The position numbers and the translations under genes are program-made. A DNA stretch of 64,000 bases. Origin: Calditrichia bacterium (lineage in GTDB: Bacteria > Calditrichota > Calditrichia > RBG-13-44-9 > J075). Of the stretch, positions 1 to 7,195 are shown piece by piece. The notes below the pieces were generated by a model. It did not search any database and was not told the DNA's origin. It was given only the letters and a program-made list of their open reading frames with translations. The stretch covers positions 96,001 to 160,000 of the forward strand of contig JBOEGD010000011.1 of NCBI GenBank assembly GCA_050633245.1, given 5' to 3'. The first letter of the stretch is position 1. Every line of letters starts with the position of its first letter.

Positions 1-418
1 TATTCAGAATTTCTTCCTCAACCGATTTTGCAATCATTTCTGAAATGGGCTTTGCAAGCTCCATGAGTTTTAGCCCTTCAGCATTCGAAGCAATAAAAAC
101 AGTTGGTCTTAAATCATCTTTGTTATGCAACCAATTTTTTGATGTCAGCAGGTCTATTTTATTTTGAGTAAGGCTATCTGTCCACCCGGCTTTTTTTTGA
201 AAAGATTTAACATCTATTTTATGATGCAGAGAAACGAGGAATAAATCTATACTATCTTTTCTTGAACGAAAATCGGGGAAATTGTCGCCGCGTGATATCA
301 AGCTATGTTCATACTTTGAACTAAATATTTCATTCAGACTCAGCTCATTAGTCGTGACTTCTTGATTGCAAGAAAATGAAATAATTAAGAGTAAAGGGAT
401 AATGTATCTCATTAGCAT
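1..418 (-). CDS. Putative lipoprotein, partial (runs off the window start)
   Basis: Manually translated frame is open from ATG 418 (or 412) to position 1: MLMRYIIPLLLIISFSCNQEV... It has a hydrophobic signal ending in a lipobox-like SFSC, and AAAGGA immediately upstream. Confidence 0.7.
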   Translation of the reverse strand, partial: MLMRYIIPLLLIISFSCNQEVTTNELSLNEIFSSKYEHSLISRGDNFPDFRSRKDSIDLFLVSLHHKIDVKSFQKKAGWTDSLTQNKIDLLTSKNWLHNKDDLRPTVFIASNAEGLKLMELAKPISEMIAKSVEEEILN

Positions 419-619
419 TCCTTTGTATAGTTCATACGGTACAGACTATTTTCAAATCAGAAGTGGAAGTGTTTAATCGAATGAAGGGGATTATTTTTAC
501 CCGGGCACACAATAAAATTAATCCAGAATACAAGCATTTACGCTGTCGGCCCAAGAAATGTTACAAGGCTGTGTGAATATCCAATGTAATAGCGGTTGAT
601 AGAAGGGGAGTAGACGAAA

Positions 620-678
620 AAACTGGAGCAGTTTTCAAAACTGCTCCAGTTTTAGAATAGAAAAAGTCCTCACCACGT
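620..678. repeat. 59-bp direct repeat, copy 1 (contains the 35-bp REP-like palindrome at 619-653)
   Basis: AAACTGGAGCAGTTTTCAAAACTGCTCCAGTTTTAGAATAGAAAAAGTCCTCACCACGT, identical to 4122-4180. Confidence 0.95.
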
Positions 679-967
679 AGATTGTAATTTAGAATTTTTC
701 TTTCAGTCTGATTGAGCCCGTTACCAAAATTGAAACCACCTTCTCTAAAATGGAGTGACAATTGTATCTCCTTAGCTGGCTTTCCCAGCGTATGGCTTCC
801 GGATTAGAGGAAAAAAAAGAGCGGGGTAGATGACTTCTGAAAAGTTTTCACTATAATAAACTAAAGTCATTGGTAGATTCATATGCGTCAACCATTAGAA
901 GCTGGCAAAAAGAGTTTTTTAAATATCACTCCCGAATTAAGAACTTAACAATGCATAGGGCCCTATT

Positions 968-3900
968 ATGGATTGGTTCTATCTACAACCTTTTTCACTC
1001 CTGGCTCTAACCCAGTCAATTATAGCATTCTTTATCATGCTTTACCTTCTGAGCGTAAAAAAGAAGAGCAGTGCCACCTGGATGCTGGCACTGGCAATCG
1101 GCGCATTTGGTCTGTTCTGGGGAATAAAGTTTATCGATTACAGTGAATCCGGACTGTCGCCGCTGCCTATTTCTCTTAACCCTCTAGACGGCATGATGAT
1201 AGGAATTTGCTTCTTCGGATTTTTCCACTTTGCTTATGCTTTTCTGGGGAACCCATACCCTCGGGAATCGAAGATCGCTCTGGGGCTGACGCTATCTTTT
1301 ATTAGCATTCATATGTTTTTGGGCTTCCATCAGGCAATAACACAGCTGGATTCTTCAAACATCATGGAGTTTATCCTCACCATTGGCTATCTCCTGATGA
1401 TCTGTTGGGCAACAGCGGTTTTCCTGCGTAAAAGACACATTCTCCTGAACGCTTCAGGAGAAAGGCCGAATTGGCTGGTATCAACAGGTGAGGGAGAAGC
1501 TCAGGCATTAAGAGCCTTTGCGCTATTAACCTTTTGTATCATGCTGCTGACATTGCCGGGATTTTTAACCGGAGCAAATTCTTCACCTTTATGGGTTGCC
1601 TATGTTGAATATTTGGGTCAGGTGACCCTTCTAATTGCTTTTGTCGTCGTTTATATCAATCATGCCGCAGAACCGACTACGTTTTTATTAAAGCTGACCG
1701 GTCTGTCCTTAACCACTATTCTGGTTGTGCTGGGTCTTGCCTCTATGATGCTTTTTCCTAATGCCGAATTGGTTCTCTATAAGACAACCGGCTCTCCTCA
1801 TGCATACAACACACCGATTCCGGAGCTGAAGTCGATGCGCTTTACACCAAATGCACATGGAGGTTACTCTACGGTGTTTATACCGCGATCCTATGATCCG
1901 GATATTGGCGATAATCTTGAGATTGGTGTGGAAGGTGATTCCCTTGTTGAGCTGGATTTTAGCTTTCCGTTTTATGATACTTCCTGGGATGAAATCTATA
2001 TTGACTCAAATGGACTTATAACATTCGGCGGAGCATACCGCAGCACCAGCTTTCAGTCGTTTTTTGATGACGCGCTACCTAAAATTGCACCGTATTATCG
2101 AGCTTTGGTTCCTCTGAGTTCAGAGGGGAGCGGGGTCTTCTATAAAAGCGAAGTTGATCGAGCGACTGTCACCTGGTACCGCGTCCGTGAGCGCTATGAT
2201 GCTGTAGCCGACAATGAGAATACATTTCAGTTGGTGTTACATCGCAGTGGAGACATAGATTTCATTTATGATAGAATGGAAGCTTTACCGTTAAATGGCT
2301 ATCGCGGCCTGAGGCCGGGCGGATCAAACGTTAAGTTGGAAGAAAGCCAATTTTCCCTTTCCTCCTCAGAGTCGATTACCAATGCTATACTTCCTGAGGC
2401 AATGACTATCCGGTTTGAACCGGTCATGGAAGGGGAGTATCGTATATCGCAGCTTCCTGGTCAGTTTGACCCTGAACTGGGTGAAAACCTCCAGTTGCGA
2501 AACAGGGATGACAGTACTGTTTCGGTAGGATTTCCTTTTCACTTTTTCGGTATTTCTCATGATAAAATTATCATCAATGATAATGGTATTGTATCCTTTG
2601 GACGGTCACTATATCTACCGGATGGCTCATGGTTCGATCCATTTCTTCAGTCTTACTCTGAAATCCCCATTATTGCCCCCTTTTTTGCAGACCTGATTCC
2701 AGGGGGAACCGGCGGTGTGTATTTCAAACAATATAAAGAGAGTTTCACTGTTACATGGAAACGACTTCCGGTATTGGGGCGGTTGGCACGAAATACGATT
2801 CAACTTGTACTCCACAACAACGGAACGATTGACTTTACGTATAAAGCAATCGGCCCAGCTTCTTTCGCTGTAGACCTTTGGGGTCTTTACCCAGGCGATG
2901 GTCGATCGCCTATTGATGCCGTTCGCTATCTGACCGCTGTACATTCAAGTGCAGGAAAGTCTGGGGGCGGGCTATTTGAGGATTTCTACAGATCCTGGGG
3001 CCTCGCCTCGCTTCAATACAGGCATGAACGAATGCTGCCGTTTTTTTACGTTATTATTGGAAGCACTGTATTCATTCTTCTTGTTTTTCCCTTTCTGTTT
3101 CTAATCAGCCTTGTATGGCCATTAAATGCTTTACTAAAAGGTGTTCGTCTGGTTGATGCTGGAGATCTGAATACCAACGTTCCGGTTCGAATAAATGATG
3201 AAATCGGTGTTCTGGCCCAGAACTTTAACCGAATGACAACCTCCTTAAGAACTGCAGAAGAGCAGCTGACGGCTTATGCTGAAGGACTCGAAGGAAAAGT
3301 CGCTGAGCGAACTGCCGACCTTCAGGATGCGCTTAGAAGCTTAACCGAAACCCAGGACAGGTTAATCCACGCGGAAAAAATGGCCTCTCTCGGTCAGCTA
3401 ACAGCTGGAATCGCTCATGAGATCAAAAATCCACTTAACTTTGTTAATAATTTTGCCGGGCTTTCCGTTAAACTGGCAGATGAATTAATGGAAACACTGG
3501 CTGAAGGTGAATCTGTCGAAGATGTTGTTGAAGTCCTGAAAGAGAATGCCGGCAGGATCGAAGCTCACGGTAAACGAGCCGTTGATATTGTTCAGAAAAT
3601 GATGCAGCATGCTTCTGCCCAATCAGATCACCGTGAAATTACAGATATTAATCACCTTGTTTCAATGAGCGTAGATTTGGCATATCACGGAATGAAATCT
3701 CAATTTACAGGTTTTGAGGTTCAAATTCACCGCGAGTTGGGTACTGATGTCGGTGAATTGGAAGTAATGCCACAAGGGCTTAATCGCGTTGTTTTAAACC
3801 TGCTCTCAAATGCCTTCGATGCGGTTCATGAGCAAGCCGCCGCGACTGATGCGGATTATGTTGCAAGCGTAACGGTCTTTACCGCTCGCAAGAAAGACCG

Positions 3901-4123
3901 GGTTGAAATCCGGATTTCTGATAATGGGACGGGGATTCCATTAAAAAATCACGAGAAGATATTTGAGCCATTCTTTACCACAAAGCCCACTGGAACCGGA
4001 ATTGGCTTTGGCCTCTCGCTGTCGTATGACATCATTACTCAGGGGCATGGTGGAACGCTTACGATGGAAAGTGAAGAAGGAAAGAAGACAACCTTTTCAA
4101 TTACATTACCAGTTAGTGCATAA
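968..4123 (+). CDS. Membrane sensor histidine kinase: N-terminal multi-TM region, two extracytoplasmic NIDO-like repeats, TM, HAMP, HisKA, HATPase
   Basis: H-box AGIAHEIKNPLNF, N-box NLLSNAFDA, G1 DNGTGI, F/G2 FEPFFTTKPTGTGIGFGLS and HAMP DEIGVLAQNFNRM. The duplicated sensor domain reads F.FPF...IYI..NG.I.FG...IAP...TVTW...NT.QLVL. Confidence 0.92.
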   Translation: MDWFYLQPFSLLALTQSIIAFFIMLYLLSVKKKSSATWMLALAIGAFGLFWGIKFIDYSESGLSPLPISLNPLDGMMIGICFFGFFHFAYAFLGNPYPRESKIALGLTLSFISIHMFLGFHQAITQLDSSNIMEFILTIGYLLMICWATAVFLRKRHILLNASGERPNWLVSTGEGEAQALRAFALLTFCIMLLTLPGFLTGANSSPLWVAYVEYLGQVTLLIAFVVVYINHAAEPTTFLLKLTGLSLTTILVVLGLASMMLFPNAELVLYKTTGSPHAYNTPIPELKSMRFTPNAHGGYSTVFIPRSYDPDIGDNLEIGVEGDSLVELDFSFPFYDTSWDEIYIDSNGLITFGGAYRSTSFQSFFDDALPKIAPYYRALVPLSSEGSGVFYKSEVDRATVTWYRVRERYDAVADNENTFQLVLHRSGDIDFIYDRMEALPLNGYRGLRPGGSNVKLEESQFSLSSSESITNAILPEAMTIRFEPVMEGEYRISQLPGQFDPELGENLQLRNRDDSTVSVGFPFHFFGISHDKIIINDNGIVSFGRSLYLPDGSWFDPFLQSYSEIPIIAPFFADLIPGGTGGVYFKQYKESFTVTWKRLPVLGRLARNTIQLVLHNNGTIDFTYKAIGPASFAVDLWGLYPGDGRSPIDAVRYLTAVHSSAGKSGGGLFEDFYRSWGLASLQYRHERMLPFFYVIIGSTVFILLVFPFLFLISLVWPLNALLKGVRLVDAGDLNTNVPVRINDEIGVLAQNFNRMTTSLRTAEEQLTAYAEGLEGKVAERTADLQDALRSLTETQDRLIHAEKMASLGQLTAGIAHEIKNPLNFVNNFAGLSVKLADELMETLAEGESVEDVVEVLKENAGRIEAHGKRAVDIVQKMMQHASAQSDHREITDINHLVSMSVDLAYHGMKSQFTGFEVQIHRELGTDVGELEVMPQGLNRVVLNLLSNAFDAVHEQAAATDADYVASVTVFTARKKDRVEIRISDNGTGIPLKNHEKIFEPFFTTKPTGTGIGFGLSLSYDIITQGHGGTLTMESEEGKKTTFSITLPVSA

Positions 4124-4180
4124 ACTGGAGCAGTTTTCAAAACTGCTCCAGTTTTAGAATAGAAAAAGTCCTCACCACGT
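4122..4180. repeat. 59-bp direct repeat, copy 2
   Basis: Identical to 620-678 and begins inside the kinase stop codon. Confidence 0.95.
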
Positions 4181-4200
4181 TGATGTGATGAGGACTTTTT
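4163..4200. terminator. Bidirectional intrinsic-terminator-like hairpin
   Basis: AAAAAGTCCTCA ... TGAGGACTTTTT, a 12-bp inverted repeat with A/T tails. Confidence 0.7.
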
Positions 4201-4234
4201 TGTGCTCCCTTCATGGACGATTTTCGAACTTTTT
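4200..4234. repeat. att-like boundary element B, copy 1
   Basis: TTGTGCTCCC-TTCATGGACGATTTTCGAACTTTTT differs from 4961-4996 by one indel and one substitution. Confidence 0.85.
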
Positions 4235-4297
4235 AAATTCGGACTTATCGCTAATTGGCTGTGACAGCTACTTTTAATTTAGCTACCTTTATATTGC

Positions 4298-4313
4298 TAA
4301 TATAATTATATTA
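4298..4313 (+). promoter_or_regulatory. Palindromic operator over the -10 region of the TA operon (probably a leaderless transcript)
   Basis: Perfect 16-bp palindrome TAATATAATTATATTA. TATATT at 4307-4312 lies 6 nt before the ATG, and there is no SD. Confidence 0.6.
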
Positions 4314-4318
4314 TACTC

Positions 4319-4603
4319 ATGGAATATTTGCGTTTTGAATGGGATAAAAACAAAAGCCGGGTAAATAAGAACAAGCATGGCATCTCATTCGAAGAAGCTA
4401 AAACAGTCTTTTATGACGAATATGCCAAGCTGATTCCCGACCCGGATCATTCACTAGAAGAAGAAAGATTCATTTTACTTGGGCTAAGTAGTGTGTTGCG
4501 GATGCTGGTTGTTGTTCATATATACAAGGAAGAGGATGAATTAATTCGTATAATATCAGCGCGAAAGGCAACCAAAAAAGAAATAACTATTTATCAAAGG
4601 TAA
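4319..4603 (+). CDS. brnT: BrnT-family toxin (ribonuclease)
   Basis: FEWD..K...N..KHGISFEEA..VF.D, EERF..LG and IRIISARKAT motifs. Confidence 0.92.
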   Translation: MEYLRFEWDKNKSRVNKNKHGISFEEAKTVFYDEYAKLIPDPDHSLEEERFILLGLSSVLRMLVVVHIYKEEDELIRIISARKATKKEITIYQR

Positions 4604-4608
4604 GCTAT

Positions 4609-4833
4609 ATGAGAAAAGAATACGATTTTTCGCAGGCGGCCAAGAATCCTTATGCTAAAAAGCTCAAGAGGCAAATTACTATACGGATAGAGAACGAAAC
4701 GATCGAGTATTTCAAAAGATTAGCTGTAGAAACAGATATACCCTATCAAAAACTGATTAATCTGTTTTTGCGGGATTGCGCGCAGAATAACATTAAGCCA
4801 TCAATCTCCTGGAAAAAAGTGCAGCCCTCCTGA
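4609..4833 (+). CDS. brnA: BrnA/CopG-like antitoxin (RHH)
   Basis: MRKEYDFS...NPYA..LK.QITIR.....IEYFK......PYQ.LIN..L, directly downstream of brnT. Confidence 0.88.
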   Translation: MRKEYDFSQAAKNPYAKKLKRQITIRIENETIEYFKRLAVETDIPYQKLINLFLRDCAQNNIKPSISWKKVQPS

Positions 4834-4901
4834 ATCAAAGTTACCTCTTCCGGCCTTCGCTTTTAAGAGCTCTTGGAATACTTGATTAAAGAGTAAAGGT
4901 G

Positions 4902-4968
4902 ATTCTCCCTGCCAAGTATAAAAAGCTCCAAGTCGTTATATTTAAATGGCTTGGGGTAAATTGTGCTC
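4902..4968. repeat. Boundary element C (hairpin), copy 1
   Basis: 57/67 identical without gaps to 6918-6984, which abuts the tRNA 3' end. Confidence 0.9.
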
Positions 4969-4996
4969 CCCTTCATGGACGATCTTCGAACTTTTT
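4961..4996. repeat. att-like boundary element B, copy 2
   Basis: TTGTGCTCCCCTTCATGGACGATCTTCGAACTTTTT. It joins element C at the same GCTC where the tRNA joins C copy 2. Confidence 0.85.
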
Positions 4997-5281
4997 TGAG
5001 GGCGGTTTGAGCATAGCTGGTATATTTATTTCAACAAAAGCATTTGTCTTACTTTTGGAAACTTTCTTCATTTAGCATTTACAGGTGTCGCAAAGAACCG
5101 AAAGAAATATATGCCATTCGCGTATTTCGAAAGAGGACATTTGGAGACTACTCAGATCGTCAAAATTGTCAGCTCTGTATAGCATTCCAGATGGGCTTAT
5201 TATTAAACGTTGGCAATAGTTTTGAGCCAATTATGAGAAAAAACTGCTAATTCTGTATCTTTATTGTTATTATTGTAATAA

Positions 5282-5404
5282 CTCCCCACAATAAATGCTC
5301 TGAACATTAGTTGGAGATATGCCGCTTAAGAGTAGGTGTGCTTCAGCATCGAAACGCTTGAATGAGGGCCTCGGGCTTCTTCTTCAACTTAATAAGATGG
5401 GGAG
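5282..5404 (+). promoter_or_regulatory. Candidate structured 5' leader (four-way junction) sequestering the SD
   Basis: CTCCCCA (5282-5288) pairs with TGGGGAG (5398-5404). ATTAGTTGGAGA pairs with TCTTCAACTTAAT and encloses three hairpins. Confidence 0.4.
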
Positions 5405-5410
5405 AGACTT

Positions 5411-6832
5411 ATGAAACTGCGCTTGAAATTCGGTAAATCATTTTCAATGCTCAACGTTCTGGTTGTATTTACTTTGAGCATGCCTAATCTTATGCTCGCA
5501 CAAGTAGTATTCAAAGACGCTGCTTTGGACTCAAATAAACTGAGAACTTATATTAACAATCGCGGTAGCATTAGTAGTCCTGATCCCTGGGGGGTAAGGT
5601 GGCCTTATCGAACGACGAACGTTTTGGATTATGCTTTTGAAATGGGGCTACTTGTAGGTGGTGAAGTCTTCGATATAAATGGCGATACAGTGCAAATCGT
5701 TAACGATGGCTTAAAACCGGGTTCGGGAGGTGAATATGATCCTGTGTCCGGTGATCCCTGGGGCTGGCTACCAGAGAGTGGCTATGATAATCCAAACCAG
5801 GGATCTGTTGCATTGAGTGATGACTCCTTAAGCTGGCCTGCAAATTGGTCTGCCTGGCCCGGAGTCAATGGCCAGGGAACTCAATCTGCCGATCTTGAAT
5901 CAATCTGGTCAATAACAGATAGTTCGAATAAAGAATTTGAATATTATCCTTTCCCTGGTGATTCCTCCATAAGAGGTTTGGGGCTCAGGGTTGTATGTCG
6001 CGGTTTCCAATGGAGTGCTCCACAATACGAAGACATAACCATCTTCACGTATGATATAAAAAATATGAGCTCTAAGCCCCTAAACAAGCTTTGGGTTGGT
6101 TTGTATTCAGATCCAAGCATAGGAGGACCAAATGATTTTGCAGATGATTTGGCAAATTATGATTCAACCGAACAACTGATCTACAGCTGGGACTCCAATG
6201 GGATAGGTGATGGTGGAATCTCTCCGAGCGTCCTTGCATTTGCCATTTTGGAATCTCCTAACAATGTTGGTCTGACCTCTGTGAGGGCTGTTCCTTTCGG
6301 AGCTGTAAATAGACCAAGAGATGATGAAAGAACCTGGGAGTTGATGAAGCCGGATTCATTTAACGTGCTTTCACAGAGCTCTGATGTGGTTCTATTTTTC
6401 GGTTCCGGTTATTTTTCATTACAACCCGGTGAGATTCAGAAGTACGCTTTTGCTCTAATGGTAAGCGATATTTATCAAAATGCTGCCGAGGCTCGCAACG
6501 CATATCAAGGTATTCTGACAGGACTACATGATACTAGCAATTCAGCGATATCAAGGCATTTTACTCTACATTTCAGTTATCCGAATCCATTTAACCCAGC
6601 TACAACAATCAGTTTTAGTTTAAAAAAACAAGCTGATATACAGTTAGAGATATATAGTATTACTGGAGAGATTGTGCGCACACTAGTGAATACAAATAGT
6701 AGTGTCGGAAGACATCAAGTTATCTGGGACGGCATGAATGACGACGGGATGAAAGTCTCATCAGGTGTGTACTTATATCGTCTTAAGAGTGAAAACTTTT
6801 TTCAATCGAGAAAAATGGTTTTGTTACGATAA
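5411..6832 (+). CDS. Secreted protein with C-terminal FlgD-Ig/T9SS-type sorting domain
   Basis: Signal peptide ending LMLA-Q. C-terminus reads YPNPFNPATTISF...WDGMNDDG..VSSGVYLYRL...KMVLLR. Confidence 0.85.
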   Translation: MKLRLKFGKSFSMLNVLVVFTLSMPNLMLAQVVFKDAALDSNKLRTYINNRGSISSPDPWGVRWPYRTTNVLDYAFEMGLLVGGEVFDINGDTVQIVNDGLKPGSGGEYDPVSGDPWGWLPESGYDNPNQGSVALSDDSLSWPANWSAWPGVNGQGTQSADLESIWSITDSSNKEFEYYPFPGDSSIRGLGLRVVCRGFQWSAPQYEDITIFTYDIKNMSSKPLNKLWVGLYSDPSIGGPNDFADDLANYDSTEQLIYSWDSNGIGDGGISPSVLAFAILESPNNVGLTSVRAVPFGAVNRPRDDERTWELMKPDSFNVLSQSSDVVLFFGSGYFSLQPGEIQKYAFALMVSDIYQNAAEARNAYQGILTGLHDTSNSAISRHFTLHFSYPNPFNPATTISFSLKKQADIQLEIYSITGEIVRTLVNTNSSVGRHQVIWDGMNDDGMKVSSGVYLYRLKSENFFQSRKMVLLR

Positions 6833-6917
6833 CTTCAAACGACCATAAGGGTGCGTAAACCAATTATAGAGGCTGGATTCTTATTCTAATATTAGAGAGA
6901 AGAGTAGAACTCTTTAA

Positions 6918-6984
6918 ATTCTCCCTACCAAGAATAAAAAACCCCAAGCCATTATGTTTAAATGACTTGGGGTAAATGGAGCTC
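6918..6984. repeat. Boundary element C, copy 2; includes the tRNA terminator (minus strand)
   Basis: Minus strand reads CCCCAAGTCATT-loop-AATGGCTTGGGG-TTTTTT directly after the tRNA. Confidence 0.9.
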
Positions 6985-7053
6985 GGGAGGAGGGATTTGA
7001 ACCCCCGACCTAGTGGTTAACAGCCACCCGCTCTACCACTGAGCTACTCCCGA
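6982..7053 (-). tRNA. tRNA-Asn (GTT), CCA not directly encoded
   Basis: TCGGGAG acceptor stem, GCTC/GAGC D-arm, CTGTTAA anticodon loop, TTCAAAT T-loop and discriminator G, followed by CTCCA. Confidence 0.97.
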
Positions 7054-7082
7054 ATGTTCCCTTGTTCATATAAGAGAGGCAA

Positions 7083-7111
7083 AATATAGGCTATCGTCTT
7101 AGCATTGTCAA
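7083..7111 (-). promoter_or_regulatory. sigma70 promoter of tRNA-Asn
   Basis: TTGACA-17 nt-TATATT on the minus strand, about 30 nt upstream of the tRNA. Confidence 0.8.
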
Positions 7112-7131
7112 GAAAAAGTTTATGCTTTTAT

Positions 7132-7165
7132 AAAAAAACGGCCCCTAAACTTCGAGGCCGTTTTT
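7132..7165 (-). terminator. Intrinsic terminator after the CBM48 gene
   Basis: AAAAACGGCC...GGCCGTTTTT inverted repeat with a T tract. Confidence 0.7.
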
Positions 7166-7195
7166 AATATTAGACATGTTGCGAAAAGACGCTAC

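Larger units (their letters stand above)
620..6984. mobile_element. tRNA-Asn-anchored accessory island: tandem array of small cassettes (left boundary may lie outside the window)
   Basis: Repeated boundary elements at 620-678/4122-4180, 4200-4234/4961-4996 and 4902-4968/6918-6984, the last running into the tRNA 3' end. Cargo is a TA pair, an orphan kinase and a secreted protein. No integrase seen. Confidence 0.65.

Noticed and set aside
561-761. 66-aa minus-strand ORF with an AAGGAG SD
   Set aside because: It runs through the palindromic repeat and has no recognisable motif. At best it is a truncated remnant.
5044-5250. 68-aa ORF inside the cassette (and ORF 3963-4157)
   Set aside because: No SD or family motif. 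The second ORF overlaps the kinase and the repeat.
6945-6965. TTATGTTTAAAT as a XerD arm of a dif site
   Set aside because: It has an extra base relative to TTATGTTAAAT and no XerC arm at a 6-bp spacing. It is simply the terminator loop.
620-6984. Boundary repeats as a CRISPR array or as integron attC sites
   Set aside because: The spacing is 0.7-3.5 kb and there are no cas genes. The elements lack RYYYAAC...GTTRRRY ends, and no intI is present.
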